A DNA stretch of 32,000 nt from Pasteurella multocida. GTDB lineage: Bacteria; Pseudomonadota; Gammaproteobacteria; Enterobacterales; Pasteurellaceae. Location of the stretch: NCBI RefSeq assembly GCF_900187275.1, contig NZ_LT906458.1, forward strand, positions 390,001 to 422,000. The letters are read 5' to 3'. Shown one piece after another: positions 1-11,754 of the stretch; within the stretch, counting starts at the first letter, position 1, and each line of letters starts with the position of its first letter. The position numbers and the translations under genes are program-made. A model generated the notes under the pieces. The model had not been told where the DNA came from. It made no database searches and saw only the letters and a list, made by a program, of their open reading frames with translations.

Positions 1-849
1 AGTGGTATTTAATAAATCAATATAGGTTGGTACTGGTCCTTTAGCAGTAGATAAGGAATCTACATAAAGTACACCACCGTATTTTGCTCCCGTTTCTTTG
101 GCAACTTGTTTTGCAGGTTTATCTGAAATGGTACTTTCACTGAACACCACAGGAATATTGTTTTTGCGTACTGTTTCAATTACATGACGCACTTGTTGTG
201 GTGTGCCTTGTTCTTCCGCATTAATTGGCCATAAATACGCTTCTTGTAAGCCATAATCTTTTGCTAAGTAGCTGAAGGCGCCTTCACTGGTCACTAACCA
301 ACGTTGACCTTCAGGAATTTTGGCGAGTTTTTCACGTAATGGTTGGTCTAATTGTTTGATTTTATTTGCATAATTTTCTGCATTCTTGACATAGATGTCG
401 GCATTTTTCGGATCATATTTCACCAATGCATTTTTAATATTTTCAATATAAATTAAGGCATTTGATGTTGACATCCAAGCATGTGGATTTGGTGCATCTT
501 TGTAAGGACCTTCATAAATTGAAATTGGCGTGATTCCTTGTGTCACAACGACAGCCGGTTTATCTTTCACGTTTTCGAAGAATTTTTCAAACCAACGCTC
601 AAGATTTAAGCCATTCCATAAGACGAGATCGGCATGTTGTGCTTTGACGATATCTTTTGGTGTCGGTTCATAATCATGAATTTCCGCACCCGGTTTGGTA
701 ATTGACTCAACAATGGCTGCATCACCAGCAACATTTTGAGCAATATCTTGAATCACAGTAAACGTAGTGACAACTTTGAATTTTGCAAACGCAGGCGATG
801 TAAAAATACCTAACATAATTGCACTTAAAATAACAGTTAAGCGACGCAT
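1..849 (-). CDS. Metal (Mn/Fe/Zn-type) ABC transporter periplasmic substrate-binding protein, 3' end cut off by the window edge
   Basis: Open minus-strand frame from ATG at 849 to the window edge: MRRLTVILSAIMLGIFTSPAFAKFKVVTTFTVIQDIAQNVAGDAAMIESITKPGAEIHDYEPTPKDIVKAQHADLVLWNGLNLERWF... Signal peptide plus the motifs of cluster 9 binding proteins (HDYEPTP, NPHAWMS), resembling YfeA/SitA. Not in the supplied ORF track, probably because it is truncated. Confidence 0.9.
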   Translation of the reverse strand, partial: MRRLTVILSAIMLGIFTSPAFAKFKVVTTFTVIQDIAQNVAGDAAIVESITKPGAEIHDYEPTPKDIVKAQHADLVLWNGLNLERWFEKFFENVKDKPAVVVTQGITPISIYEGPYKDAPNPHAWMSTSNALIYIENIKNALVKYDPKNADIYVKNAENYANKIKQLDQPLREKLAKIPEGQRWLVTSEGAFSYLAKDYGLQEAYLWPINAEEQGTPQQVRHVIETVRKNNIPVVFSESTISDKPAKQVAKETGAKYGGVLYVDSLSTAKGPVPTYIDLLNTT

Positions 850-961
850 ATCATTTTCTCCTTAATGTTGTTGGTTAATAAAGTCGCCTCGCTATTCTAT
901 GCTTAAAAAATAACTTTGTAAATAAAAATGATTCTCAAATTTAAAAATTTAACTTTTTGAT

Positions 962-1291
962 TTATAAACATTTTGCTGGTTTAGGTAAGCCAGCTAGTTT
1001 TGTCGCTTGTTTTGCCGGTCCCTCAGGAAATAAACGTTGTAAATAACGACTGTTGCCTTTGTCTTCCCCCAGCTTCTGAGCCATGGCTTTGACTAGCATA
1101 CGAATGGCTGGTGAGGTTTTATATTCTTGATAAAATGCACGGACAAAATAAATCACTTCCCAATGGGCATCCGTTAAGTCGATATTTTCTTGTTGGGCGA
1201 TAGCACGCGCGATATCTTCGTCCCATTGTGTTAAGTCGAGTAAATAACCATACGCATCGGTTTCAATTTGTTGTTGATTGACTTCTATCAT
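962..1291 (-). CDS. tusE: TusE/DsrC-like sulfur relay protein
   Basis: 109 aa ORF with C-terminal [30 protein letters not shown], typical of the TusE/DsrC family including the terminal Cys. Confidence 0.93.
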   Translation of the reverse strand: MIEVNQQQIETDAYGYLLDLTQWDEDIARAIAQQENIDLTDAHWEVIYFVRAFYQEYKTSPAIRMLVKAMAQKLGEDKGNSRYLQRLFPEGPAKQATKLAGLPKPAKCL

Positions 1292-1336
1292 CTTTTTCTC
1301 AATTGACCTTATTTTTACGGCGTCATTATAGCAAAA

Positions 1337-1354
1337 CGCCCCAAAAATGGGGCG
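1337..1354 (-). terminator. Rho-independent terminator downstream of the YccA-like gene
   Basis: CGCCCC-AAAAAT-GGGGCG inverted repeat; the minus strand continues into GTTTTGC just past the stop of ORF 1390-2052. Confidence 0.7.
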
Positions 1355-1389
1355 CTTAATTTATCTATTAAATGGATTCGTATTTTAGA

Positions 1390-2052
1390 TTAATCTTCAT
1401 TGGATAAAATCGAGAAGATATTGAGTAAGCTAATAAATAAGTTATACAGTGATACGAAAATACTGACTGTTGCACGAATATAGTTGGTTTCACCGCCATG
1501 AATAATATTGCTGGTTTCGTAGAGAATACCCAAAGTAGAGAACACGACGAATAAACCACTGATGACAATGTAAAGCATTGGTGATTGGAAGAAGAAACTG
1601 GCAACTATACCGAGTAAGAGGACAATAAATAAAGCGAAAATGGTACCAGAAAGGAAAGACATGTCTTTCTTTGTCGTTAACACATAAGCTGAACAAGCAA
1701 AGAACACTGCCGCTGTGCCGGCAAGGGCTAAGACGACAATATCACCTGCACCGTGACTGACATAGACATTTAAAATTGGTCCTAATGTATAGCCTAAAAA
1801 GCCGGTAAATGCGAACGTAGAAAGAATCCCTAAACCACTGTTGGATAATTTATAAGTTAAAAATAATAAACCGTAGAAGCCTGCTAGCATCAAAATGAGA
1901 CCTGGGCGTGGTAAGTTTAGGCTCATTGAGATGTAAGCGACCACTGCTGAAAAAGCGAGGGTTAAACCTAATAAGAAATAAGTATTGCGTAACACTTTGT
2001 GGGTGTTAAGTAGAGATGTTTCTCTGCTATCTAGAACAATGCGAGATTCCAT
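1390..2052 (-). CDS. yccA: Bax inhibitor-1/YccA family inner membrane protein
   Basis: 220 aa with seven predicted hydrophobic segments; N-term [36 protein letters not shown] and motif [27 protein letters not shown] are typical of YccA. Confidence 0.88.
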   Translation of the reverse strand: MESRIVLDSRETSLLNTHKVLRNTYFLLGLTLAFSAVVAYISMSLNLPRPGLILMLAGFYGLLFLTYKLSNSGLGILSTFAFTGFLGYTLGPILNVYVSHGAGDIVVLALAGTAAVFFACSAYVLTTKKDMSFLSGTIFALFIVLLLGIVASFFFQSPMLYIVISGLFVVFSTLGILYETSNIIHGGETNYIRATVSIFVSLYNLFISLLNIFSILSNED

Positions 2053-2267
2053 GGTATGAAGGCTCCTTTAGCAATGGAATAAAGATAAAACGATGGCGAT
2101 AAAGTACTGGTTCATCATTGAAAAGTCAATGTTAAAACGTAACAAATTTGTAAAAATTGAATAAATAAAATGCAATATGACTGAAATCTCAGCATTTGTG
2201 AACTGGGTCGGTATTTTTTCATTTACTCAATTCATTAACTATATTATAGTGCACCGGTCTACATCAC

Positions 2268-2357
2268 GGAGGAATGGTCGAGTGGTTGAAGGCACCGGTC
2301 TTGAAAACCGGCGAGGGTTTACGCCCTCCGTGAGTTCGAATCTCACTTCCTCCGCCA
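2268..2357 (+). tRNA. tRNA-Ser (anticodon TGA)
   Basis: GGAGGAA...TTCCTCC acceptor stem with discriminator G and encoded CCA; anticodon loop CTTGAAA; long variable arm (GAGGGTTTACGCCCTC); T-loop GTTCGAATC; 90 nt. Confidence 0.96.
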
Positions 2358-2473
2358 TTAACATTGATGAACAAATTATTGCGCCATTGATTGTCAAATC
2401 AGTGGCTTTTTTGTATGTGCTGATACAGAAAGAGCTGATATAGAAACGATTGCGTTTAAACAGGAAGATACAA

Positions 2474-2501
2474 ACAAAAGCAAGGATAACCTTGCTTTTG
2501 T
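2474..2501 (-). terminator. Terminator-like hairpin downstream of fdhE (possibly bidirectional)
   Basis: 12-bp inverted repeat ACAAAAGCAAGG-ATAA-CCTTGCTTTTGT immediately after the fdhE stop. Confidence 0.7.
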
Positions 2502-2514
2502 TTATAGATGAAGA

Positions 2515-3447
2515 TTAGGCTTCTGGGTTTGGGAAGAGGAAAGGATTTAAGCCACTGCGTTGTAAGCCTTTTTCTTCCATTTCCACATCTAGGAAAATAC
2601 TAGCAAGATCATCGGCTACGGCTTCTACTTTAGGATCACGTTCTTGGTATAGTGCTTTTAAGTAGCTATGACAATCACCGCAACTTTCTGCTTTCACTGC
2701 CGCCATTTCAGAATCAAGAGACCAATAATCTAATTTACCCGTTTGGTCACAATTCGTACATTTTGAGCGAACCATATTCCACTCGGTTTCACACAAGGCA
2801 CAATGTAAGTAACGTAAGCCTTGTTCAGCGCCAAAATGAATCACGCTAGTGACAGGTGCAGAGGCACAAATTGGGCAAACATGAAGGTTCTCTCCGCTTT
2901 CTTTATGACTTGAATGCGGAATTTGTTGTACTAATTGAAGCCAGTAAAGGGAAAGTGCCGCCCAAATGAAAACAGCTTGATCACTGCTAATTTGCTCAAA
3001 TTCTTGAGCTAAGAGTTTATCCGCGATGCTATCTCGTTCCGCTTTTGAGTATTTCTCTAAGGTTTCAATCGTATTGAGAATCGTCTCATTGGCTTTGGGT
3101 TTCATTTCCGCCAAAATTGCCATTAATAAGGTTTGCCAAACAGGATCGCGCTGCCAGCGTTGAGCGTTAAGTGGTTGTTTAGCAAGATCTTCGGCAGAGA
3201 GTTTTTCTGCGCTTAAACGCGGGTCTTGCGCAATTGGTTGTTGTTGCAAGACAGCTAATTGCGCTTCGGAAACTTGGCTTGCAAAGTGAAGATAGTCTTC
3301 CAATGGATGTGCATTTGAAAGCGAAGTGAAACGTGCAATACGACGTTGATAGAGATTTTTCGGGTTTGCAAACAGGAGTGCCGGTGCATGAAATGAACTG
3401 GCGGCCGCTTTAATTTCAGAGTCGGGAAGAATTCGGATACTCATCAT
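2515..3447 (-). CDS. fdhE: Formate dehydrogenase accessory protein FdhE
   Basis: 310 aa with [36 protein letters not shown] and [11 protein letters not shown] cysteine motifs characteristic of FdhE; lies downstream of the dehydrogenase subunit genes. Confidence 0.95.
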   Translation of the reverse strand: MMSIRILPDSEIKAAASSFHAPALLFANPKNLYQRRIARFTSLSNAHPLEDYLHFASQVSEAQLAVLQQQPIAQDPRLSAEKLSAEDLAKQPLNAQRWQRDPVWQTLLMAILAEMKPKANETILNTIETLEKYSKAERDSIADKLLAQEFEQISSDQAVFIWAALSLYWLQLVQQIPHSSHKESGENLHVCPICASAPVTSVIHFGAEQGLRYLHCALCETEWNMVRSKCTNCDQTGKLDYWSLDSEMAAVKAESCGDCHSYLKALYQERDPKVEAVADDLASIFLDVEMEEKGLQRSGLNPFLFPNPEA

Positions 3448-3470
3448 GTTTCCTTATTTTTGAATAAATA

Positions 3471-3516
3471 AAGTGCGGTCGCTTTTAGAAAAATTTCTGA
3501 AAATTTGACCGCACTT
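3471..3516. repeat. Inverted pair of Pasteurellaceae DNA uptake signal cores (AAGTGCGGT ... ACCGCACTT)
   Basis: AAGTGCGGT at 3471-3479 and its reverse complement at 3508-3516, between fdoI-like and fdhE; can form a 9-bp or longer stem. Confidence 0.75.
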
Positions 3517-3534
3517 TTATTCACAGAGTCGTGT

Positions 3535-4221
3535 TTATGGTTGGCTTTGGTTTTGTTGTTTTGCCAATTCTTCTTTTTCTAGTTCAGGTAGGACTTCTTC
3601 ACGATACCAACGAGGGTGGTGTTTTTTCGCCCAGCGAACCGTCACCCAGCCTTCGACCATACCACGAATAGACCCTTTGACCCAGAATGCCATATAGATG
3701 TGTACCATAATACCAGTGAATAACAAGAAGGCGCTGGTAGAATGTAACAAGATCGCAATACGGATAACCGGGATTGAGAAATTATGGGAGAAATATTGAC
3801 GCCACATAATAATGCCGGTTACAAGTAAGGTGATCATGGCAAGAATCAAGGTCCAGAACAACATTTTCTGACCAAGGTTATATTTGCCATTATCAGAAAC
3901 CGCATGCTCGTTGCCTTTTAATACTTCACCAATATTTTTTAGCCAAACCCAGTCGTTTTTCTCAGGGAAGTTGTGACGCCAGTAAATACGGCAAAGATTC
4001 AGGAACGCGACAAACATGACAATCCCCGTAAATGGGTGTACAAAACGTGCCAGTTGCGGTGTACCTAGAATTTCCGTTAACCAGGAAAAATCCGGGAAGA
4101 AGAATGCCAGCCCCGATAAACCGGTAATAAAGAAACAGATAACCAGTAACCAATGGCTAAGGCGAGCTGGCAATTTATGGCGTACGATTTTACGATCGTT
4201 ACTGATCTGAATCTTACTCAT
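3535..4221 (-). CDS. Formate dehydrogenase cytochrome b556 (gamma) subunit
   Basis: Frame of ORF 3535-4332; likely start [24 protein letters not shown] at 4221, overlapping the beta subunit end. Four hydrophobic segments and conserved heme-ligand histidine contexts of FdnI/FdoI. Confidence 0.9.
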   Translation of the reverse strand: MSKIQISNDRKIVRHKLPARLSHWLLVICFFITGLSGLAFFFPDFSWLTEILGTPQLARFVHPFTGIVMFVAFLNLCRIYWRHNFPEKNDWVWLKNIGEVLKGNEHAVSDNGKYNLGQKMLFWTLILAMITLLVTGIIMWRQYFSHNFSIPVIRIAILLHSTSAFLLFTGIMVHIYMAFWVKGSIRGMVEGWVTVRWAKKHHPRWYREEVLPELEKEELAKQQNQSQP

Positions 4222-5122
4222 GATTGCCTCCTGTATGCTCTTCGTGCTCCTCGTGTTCATCGAATTCTTCGGTATTTGGACCAATGGTGATGTAGTGAGC
4301 AATTTCACTGAGGATAATACCGCCCATTGCAACCGCTGCCACTGGTTTTAACACATCTTTCCAAACTTTGATGCTGAGATCAATTGATGGATCTTTCGGC
4401 AGACCAGAATAAAGTTCCGGTTTATCTGCATGATGTAACACATACATGACGTGCGTGCCACCCACACCTTCCGGATCGTAAAGTCCAGCGTTTTCATAGC
4501 CACGAGATTTTAAGTCAGCAATGCGTTGCTCTGCATAAATTTTCATCTCTTCTTTGCTACCAAAACGAATCGCACCGGTTGGGCAGGTTTTCACACAAGC
4601 GGGTTCTTGACCCACGGTGACACGGTCCACACAAAGTGTACATTTATAGACACGATTATCATCTGGGTTCATGCGTGGTACGTTAAATGGACAACCCGCA
4701 ATGCAATAGCCACAGCCGATACATTTATCCGATTGGAAATCCACAATACCATTCGCATACTGGATAATGGCACCTGGTGCTGGACAGGATTTTAAACAAC
4801 CCGGTTCGGCACAATGCATACAACCATCTTTACGGATTAGCCATTCTAAGCGGTCGTTTTCTTCCACTTCGTTGAATTTCATCACCGTCCAAGCTTTGGC
4901 ATTTAAATCGGTCGGGTTATCGTAAACACCGACACAGGCTTCAGGCTCGGCACGGATATCATTCCACTCTGAACATCCCACCTGACAGGCTTTACAGCCG
5001 ATACAGGTGGTGACATCGATCAGTTTTGCCACTTCAACTTGATGCTCACGCGCTTGTGGTGGTGGCGTTAAGCTTGATGTTGCAGAGGCTTTAATAATGT
5101 TTTGAGATTGTACTACACCCAT
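4214..5122 (-). CDS. Formate dehydrogenase iron-sulfur (beta) subunit
   Basis: Four ferredoxin-like Cys clusters ([66 protein letters not shown]) and C-terminal transmembrane helix, as in FdnH/FdoH. Start taken as MGVVQSQ at 5122. Confidence 0.93.
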   Translation of the reverse strand: MGVVQSQNIIKASATSSLTPPPQAREHQVEVAKLIDVTTCIGCKACQVGCSEWNDIRAEPEACVGVYDNPTDLNAKAWTVMKFNEVEENDRLEWLIRKDGCMHCAEPGCLKSCPAPGAIIQYANGIVDFQSDKCIGCGYCIAGCPFNVPRMNPDDNRVYKCTLCVDRVTVGQEPACVKTCPTGAIRFGSKEEMKIYAEQRIADLKSRGYENAGLYDPEGVGGTHVMYVLHHADKPELYSGLPKDPSIDLSIKVWKDVLKPVAAVAMGGIILSEIAHYITIGPNTEEFDEHEEHEEHTGGNHE

Positions 5123-5123
5123 T

Positions 5124-8100
5124 TTACGCCCCCACTTTCTCAATATTGACTAACATACATTTAGATTCTGGTGTTTGTGTATTCGCATCACCAGTACGAA
5201 CAGTTAAGTTGTTGGCGAAGAAACCTTTTTTTGCACCAGTCGTTGCGGCAAAGCCCCAGTGAATAGGAATTCCGACGGTATGAATTGGCTTGCCGTCAGA
5301 CACTAAAGCACGGATACGTTTGGTCACCACAGCAACGGCTTTAATATAACCGCGTTTTGAGCTGACTTTCACGATATCGCCATGTTTAATGCCTTTTTCA
5401 GCCGCCAAGGCTTCACCAATCTCAACAAATTGTTCTGGTTGTGCAATCACGTTCAGTAATACGTTTTTCGTCCAATAATGGAAGTGTTCGGTTAAACGGT
5501 AAGTCGTACCCACATATGGGAAATCCGCACTTGTTCCCAGATCTTCTTTATCGCTGGCTAAAATCCGTGCAACTGGACTTGATACCACATTTGGATGAAG
5601 TGGGTTAGTACCAATTGGTGTTTCCATTGGTTCATAGTGTTCTGGGAATGGACCATCAGCCATACGTTCACGTACGAACAAACCACTTACCCCTTCTGGT
5701 TGCATGATAAATGGCATAACCGGGCTATTAGGTGGGGCAGTACCGTAGTCGGCAACATCCACATAGTTCCAGTTTTTACCGTTCCACTTGATCAATTGAC
5801 GTTTCGGGTTAAATGGATTACCGGCTAAGTCTGCACCTGCACGGTTATAAAGAATACGGCGGTTTAATGGCCAAGCAAATGCCCAACCTAGCGTATTTCC
5901 TAAGTTCGATGGGTCAGCGTTATCACGGTTTGCCATTTGGTTACCTTTTTCGGTCCATTGTCCCGTGTAAATCCAGCAAGCCCCTGATGTCGTACCATCA
6001 TCACGCATTTGTGCAAAGCTCGACAATAACTGACCTTTTTTCAAGATAATGTTGCCGTCTGCATCTTTGATGTCTTCTAATGCGTAACCATTATTCTCTT
6101 TTGCGACTTCTTCCGCTTTTGGCTCAAGTGGGTTTGCATAATCCCAGCTCATTGCTTCTAGCGGCTCAAGTGGAGCTTTTCCGCCTTCTGTTTTATATAG
6201 ATGGATAAGCTCAGCACGCAATTCAGAAAGAATTTCACCGTCAGTTTTGGCTTCACCCGGTGGCTCCGCGCCTTTCCAGTGCCATTGTAGCCAACGACCA
6301 GAGTTCGCAATGGAACCATCTTCTTCGACGAAGCAGGTTGTTGGTAAACGGAATACTTCAGTTTGAATCTCTTCGGTTTTCACATCATTAAATTCACCGT
6401 AGTTTTTCCAGAATTCAGAGGTATCGGTGATTAATGGGTCAAAAATCACTAAATATTTTAGTTTACTTAAGGCTTTAATGATTTTTTGTGAGTTAGCGTA
6501 AGAGGCAACTGGGTTCATCCCTTGGCAGAAGAAACCATTCACTTTACCGTTATACATGTCTTCGATGTAACGGAATTGGTCGGTACCACCTTTAGGTAAT
6601 TTTGGTAAATAGTGATAACCAAATTCGTTATCTTGCGTACCTTTATCACCATAGAAGGATTTCAGCATACTGACCATGAATTTTGGTGTATTTTTCCAAT
6701 AGTTCACCTGATCGTTCATCATGGTTTTTGGTGTGATACGATCCAAGAACGACTGTAAGCTTTTATCAGCTTCTGTTGGTAATGGAATATATGCAGGTAA
6801 ACGATTTGGGAATAAGCCTAAATCTGTAATCCCTTGTACGTTTGAGTGACCACGTAATGCATTCACACCACCACCCGATACACCAATGTTACCGAGTAAT
6901 AATTGGATCATCGCCATGGTTCGAATATTTTGTGAACCAACGGTATGTTGAGTCCAACCTAATGCATAAAGGAATGTTGCTGCTTTATCTGGCGCAGAGG
7001 TTTTAGCAATTTCTTCACAGAAGATTTGGAAGTCTTTCTGTGGTGTGCCAGTAATACGTTCTACCATTTCTGGTGTATAGCGTTCCACATGTTCACGTAG
7101 CATATTGATCACACAGCGTGGATCTTGCATATCCATATCACGTTTTGGCTGACCATTTTCATCAAATTGGTAAGCCCAAGTGGAGCGGTCATACTTGCGT
7201 GTGGCTTCGTCATAACCAGAGAATAGCCCGTCTTCAAATTTGAAGTTTTCATTCACGAGGAAGGTGGCATTGGTATAGTGTTTCACATATTCGTGTTGGA
7301 TTTTATCGTTTTTCAACAAATAGCGAATCACCCCAGATAGGAACGCAATATCCGTACCTGGACGAAGAGGCATATAAATATCAGCGACAGCTGCAGTACG
7401 GTTAAAACGAGGATCGACCACCATCAGTTTGGCACCGTTTTGTTTTTTGGCTTCAATCGCCCAACGGAACCCAACAGGGTGTGCTTCTGCTGCGTTACCG
7501 CCCATAACAATCACTAAATCTGCGTTTTTAATATCAACCCAGTGGTTGGTCATCGCACCGCGACCAAATGATGGAGCAAGACTTGCTACCGTTGGTCCGT
7601 GTCAGATACTCGCTTGGTTGTCGGTAAAGATAATACCGAGAGAACGCACAAATTTTTGTGTAAGGATGCCGGTTTCGTTACTACATGCCGAACCCGCTAA
7701 GAAGCCTGCTGTCATCCAACGATTGACCGGCTCACCTGCGTCATTTTTTTCAACGAAGTTAGCATCACGGTCATCTTTGATGTGACGAGCAATACGCTCA
7801 ATGGCTTCGTGCCATGAAATCCGTTTCCATTCTTTTGAACCGGCTTCACGCACTTCAGGGTATTTAACACGACGGTCACTATTGACATAGTCTAAAGCAC
7901 CTGCCCCTTTTGGACATAAGGCACCGCGACTAACTGGATGATCGGGGTCGCCCTCGATATGAAAGAGTTTGCCTTTGCTGTTTTTTGAGCCATCACCCAA
8001 GCTGTACAACAACATACCACAACCAACAGCGCAATAAGTACAGGTATTACGCGTTTCTTTGGCGCGTAATAATTTGTAATTGCGAGGCGCTGCTAACGCT

Positions 8101-8189
8101 TCTGTTGGCGCAAAGCCTAACATTGCCGCAGATGTCCCCGCCATTCCCCCTGCACAGATCTTGAAGAACTTTCTTCTACTGACCTGCAT
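5124..8189 (-). CDS. fdnG: Formate dehydrogenase major (alpha) subunit, Tat-exported, molybdopterin- and selenocysteine-containing; in-frame TGA at 7602-7604 read as Sec
   Basis: ORFs 7602-8189 and 5124-7553 are in the same frame and separated only by an in-frame TGA in the context [29 protein letters not shown], matching the Sec site of FdnG/FdoG. Tat signal [12 protein letters not shown] at the N-terminus; [4Fe-4S] motif [10 protein letters not shown]. Gene symbol could equally be fdoG/fdxG. Confidence 0.93.
7573..7590 (-). promoter_or_regulatory. Bacterial SECIS element in the formate dehydrogenase alpha gene
   Basis: Minus-strand GG-U-AGCA-AGUCU-UGCU-CC hairpin with bulged U and a GU in the apical loop, 11 nt downstream of UGA 7602-7604, the spacing typical of SelB-dependent bacterial SECIS. 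Confidence 0.88.
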
Positions 8190-8431
8190 AGATAATACTC
8201 CTTAGCGTAACAAAAATTTTGTTAGCATTTGATAGTCGTAAACACGTTAAATAGATAATTAAATATTTTGACTTGTTTTTCACTTGTTAAAATTGTATTA
8301 CAATCGCCACAAGCGTTGAATTGTTGATATGCGTCTTACGAAGTAAATTACCAGCAATTAAAACACCTTTTAGGATACCGATTTTTTAGTGGTAAATCTA
8401 TAACCAATTACCATTAATAAGGAAAAATATT

Positions 8432-9253
8432 TTGAACTGGATCACAAAATTTACAGTTAATTTTTTTTGCAAATTAACAAAAAAGCAACAAATAAAAAAC
8501 AAAACAACAACTTATGAAGCAAAACAAGAAAATCTTGCAACAGAGGTTCCTGTTGCCCTTGTTTATAATGGGATTTCTCATACGGTGATGATGTGTTCAC
8601 CGGAAAATTTAGCGGATTTTGCCATGGGATTTTCGTTGGCAGAAGGCATTATTGATAAGCCAAGTGATATTTATGGTATTGATGTGGTTCCTGCCTGCCA
8701 GGGGATTGAAGTGCAAATTGAACTTGCCACCCGTTGTTTTGTACGCCTCAAAGCACAACGACGTACATTAGCGGGGCGGACTGGTTGCGGTATTTGTGGT
8801 ACTGAGCAATTACAGCAGGTGCACAAAAATTTACCTCCGTTAGAACGCACTATCCAGTTTGATTTAAACCGCCTAGATGCTTGCTTAATTCAACTGCAAC
8901 AAGCACAAGTATTAGGGCAACAAACCGGTTCAACGCATGCAGCGGGGTTTTTTGATCTCGCAGGAAATTTGCTGTGCCTACGTGAAGATGTCGGGCGTCA
9001 TGTGGCATTAGATAAATTATTAGGTTGGCATGCGAAACAGCCTGCCACAAAAGGGTTTGTATTGGTGACCAGTCGAGCTAGTTATGAAATGGTGCAAAAA
9101 ACAGCAGCCTGTGGCATTGAAATGCTAATTGCCATTTCTGCAGCGACTGAACTCGCAGTGAACATGGCAGAACAATACCAATTAACCTTAGTTGGCTTTG
9201 CACGAGAAGGCAGAGCAACAGTCTATACAGGAAAAGAGCGGTTGTTTTTTTGA
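8432..9253 (+). CDS. fdhD: Formate dehydrogenase accessory sulfurtransferase FdhD
   Basis: 273 aa with [13 protein letters not shown] and [15 protein letters not shown] motifs of FdhD; divergent from the dehydrogenase operon. Confidence 0.95.
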   Translation: MNWITKFTVNFFCKLTKKQQIKNKTTTYEAKQENLATEVPVALVYNGISHTVMMCSPENLADFAMGFSLAEGIIDKPSDIYGIDVVPACQGIEVQIELATRCFVRLKAQRRTLAGRTGCGICGTEQLQQVHKNLPPLERTIQFDLNRLDACLIQLQQAQVLGQQTGSTHAAGFFDLAGNLLCLREDVGRHVALDKLLGWHAKQPATKGFVLVTSRASYEMVQKTAACGIEMLIAISAATELAVNMAEQYQLTLVGFAREGRATVYTGKERLFF

Positions 9254-9273
9254 GAATTTTCTCTATAATCCCA

Positions 9274-9289
9274 CTGTATAAAAAAACAG
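9274..9289. promoter_or_regulatory. Candidate LexA (SOS) box upstream of uvrD
   Basis: CTGTATAAAAAAACAG fits the gammaproteobacterial consensus CTGT-N8-ACAG exactly; located 125 nt upstream of the uvrD start. Confidence 0.75.
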
Positions 9290-9413
9290 TTTGGTGAGTC
9301 TAAATCGCGTAAGCAAGGTAGGCATAGTCTGCCTTGTTGCTTTTATGGCGGCTGCTAAGCGACAAAAACATAGCATTCCTGAACTGAGATGAAAACAGAA
9401 GGCAGATGACAGA

Positions 9414-11594
9414 ATGGATATTTCAGCATTATTAGATGGGTTAAATGATAAACAACGTGATGCGGTTGCCGCGCCACTCGGCAATTACTTGGTGTTGGCG
9501 GGGGCCGGGAGTGGTAAAACACGTGTTTTAACACATCGTATTGCTTGGTTAATTGCAGTGGAACAGGTTTCTGAAGGGAGTATCATGGCAGTAACCTTCA
9601 CCAATAAAGCCGCGGCTGAAATGCGTCATCGTATCGAAAGCACCTTAGCTAATCATGCTTCTCAACGTTTATTTGGTATGTGGGTGGGCACGTTCCACAG
9701 CATTGCCCACCGCTTATTGCGTGCCCATCATCTTGATGCCAACTTACCCCAAGATTTCCAAATTCTCGATGCGGATGATCAACTGCGTTTAGTGAAGCGC
9801 CTACTCAAATTACATAATTTTGATGAGAAAATTTTTATTCCTAAGCAAGTCTGCTGGTATATCAATAATAAAAAAGATGACGGGTTAAGAGCGCACCAAA
9901 TTGATGACAATAATGATCGACATGAGCGGGAATGGATAAAAATTTATCAGATTTATCAAGATACTTGTGATCGTGCTGGTTTAGTGGATTTTGCGGAATT
10001 GTTATTACGTGCTTACGAATTATGGCTGAAAAAGCCTGTGATTTTACAGCGTTATCAACAACGTTTTCAGCACATTTTGGTCGATGAGTTCCAAGATACT
10101 AATAAGATCCAATATGCTTGGGTAAAATTGCTTGCGGGGGAACAAGGCAAGGTGATGATCGTGGGAGATGACGATCAATCGATTTATGGTTGGCGCGGGG
10201 CAAAAATTGAAAATATCCAACGCTTTTTAGATGATTTTTCCAATGCGCAAACCATCCGTCTTGAACAAAATTATCGTTCCACGGGGAATATTTTGGCAAG
10301 TGCCAACCAGCTTATTTCCAATAACAGCAATCGCCTTGGTAAAAATTTGTGGACGGACGGAGAAAAAGGTGAGCCAGTAGGAATCTATGCGGCTTTTAAT
10401 GAATTAGATGAAGCCTTATTTGTTTCCTCACAAATTAAACAATGGATAGAAAATGGCGGTAAGCTAAAAGATTGTGCCATTTTATACCGCAGTAATAGCC
10501 AATCCCGTGTGATTGAAGAGGCGTTAATTCGTTCTCAATTACCTTATCGTATTTATGGCGGTATGCGTTTCTTCGAGCGTCAAGAGATTAAAGATGCCCT
10601 TGCTTATTTACGTCTTATTGCCAATCGTCAAGACGACGCCGCGTTTGAACGCGTGGTCAATACGCCACCTCGTAGTATTGGTGAACGAACGTTAGATATG
10701 CTACGTAGTGTGACCCGCGAACGTGAAGTGACTTTGTGGCAAGCCACCCAATTAGCCATTCATGAAAATTTACTGACGGCGAGAGCAGCAACCGCACTAC
10801 AACGCTTTTTAGAGTTGATTAATTCCTTACAGCAAGATACCAGTGAAATGCCCTTATTTGCGCAAACCGATTTTGTGATTAAGCATTCTGGTTTATATGC
10901 CATGTATCAACAGGAAAAGGGGGAAAAGGGTGAAGTGCGGATCGAAAACTTAGAAGAGTTAGTGACTGCCACAAAAGAATTTATTAAGCCAGATGAGGCA
11001 GAACAGTTATCTGATTTAACAGCCTTTTTAACTCATGCCTCCTTAGAAGCAGGGGAGGAACAAGCTTCTCCACATCAAGACTATGTTGAAATGATGACAT
11101 TGCACTCTGCAAAGGGATTGGAATTCCCTCGGGTATTTATGGTGGGGGTTGAAGAAGGGTTATTTCCAAGTTTCCGATCTTTTGAAGAGCCGGGGCGTTT
11201 AGAAGAAGAGCGTCGCTTAGCTTATGTTGGGATCACGCGCGCAAAACAAAAGTTGACGATTTGCTATGCGGAAAGTCGCCGTCTATATGCCAAAGAAGAA
11301 CGTCATCTTCCTTCCCGTTTTATTGCTGAATTACCTACGGAATGTATTCAAGAAATCCGCTTACGTGGTACGGTGACACGTGCCATGAATCAGCAGAAAG
11401 TCGGATCGGTTGCACCGAGTTTACAGGAAAATGAATGGAAAATGGGGCAAAAAGTGCTACATAGCAAATTTGGGCAAGGCACGATCATTAATGTGGAAGG
11501 GGCGGAGAATAATACTCGCTTACAAATTGCATTCCAAAATCAAGGGATTAAATGGCTGATTGCCCATTTAGCCAAATTAGAAAAAATTCGTTAA
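9414..11594 (+). CDS. uvrD: DNA helicase II
   Basis: 726 aa; MDISALLDGLNDKQRDAVAAPLGNYLVLAGAGSGKTRVL, VDEFQDTNKIQY, TLHSAKGLEFPRVFMVG and C-terminal VLHSKFGQGTIINVEG match UvrD. Confidence 0.97.
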   Translation: MDISALLDGLNDKQRDAVAAPLGNYLVLAGAGSGKTRVLTHRIAWLIAVEQVSEGSIMAVTFTNKAAAEMRHRIESTLANHASQRLFGMWVGTFHSIAHRLLRAHHLDANLPQDFQILDADDQLRLVKRLLKLHNFDEKIFIPKQVCWYINNKKDDGLRAHQIDDNNDRHEREWIKIYQIYQDTCDRAGLVDFAELLLRAYELWLKKPVILQRYQQRFQHILVDEFQDTNKIQYAWVKLLAGEQGKVMIVGDDDQSIYGWRGAKIENIQRFLDDFSNAQTIRLEQNYRSTGNILASANQLISNNSNRLGKNLWTDGEKGEPVGIYAAFNELDEALFVSSQIKQWIENGGKLKDCAILYRSNSQSRVIEEALIRSQLPYRIYGGMRFFERQEIKDALAYLRLIANRQDDAAFERVVNTPPRSIGERTLDMLRSVTREREVTLWQATQLAIHENLLTARAATALQRFLELINSLQQDTSEMPLFAQTDFVIKHSGLYAMYQQEKGEKGEVRIENLEELVTATKEFIKPDEAEQLSDLTAFLTHASLEAGEEQASPHQDYVEMMTLHSAKGLEFPRVFMVGVEEGLFPSFRSFEEPGRLEEERRLAYVGITRAKQKLTICYAESRRLYAKEERHLPSRFIAELPTECIQEIRLRGTVTRAMNQQKVGSVAPSLQENEWKMGQKVLHSKFGQGTIINVEGAENNTRLQIAFQNQGIKWLIAHLAKLEKIR

Positions 11595-11754
11595 AGGGAT
11601 GTACAACCTCGTGTGGAAGTACGCTAGATAGCTTGCGTTTTTCACATGGGGTGATTTTTATCCCTTCATTTTTGACAGAATTCGCGCTTAAATTAAAAGA
11701 AGAATTGGTATATCATATAGGCTAATTTTTGAATTTACGTATAGACCCATTCTT

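Noticed and set aside
7553-7604. Interpretation of the split dehydrogenase as a nonsense-mutated pseudogene
   Set aside because: The stop is TGA in the exact conserved Sec context with a properly spaced SECIS hairpin, so recoding is the better explanation.
5595-7785. Overlapping ORFs on the opposite strand or other frames within the formate dehydrogenase genes (for example 5595-5828, 5813-6049, 7429-7785)
   Set aside because: They lie antisense to a clearly conserved gene, have low-complexity or unnatural composition and no recognisable domains; best explained as chance ORFs.
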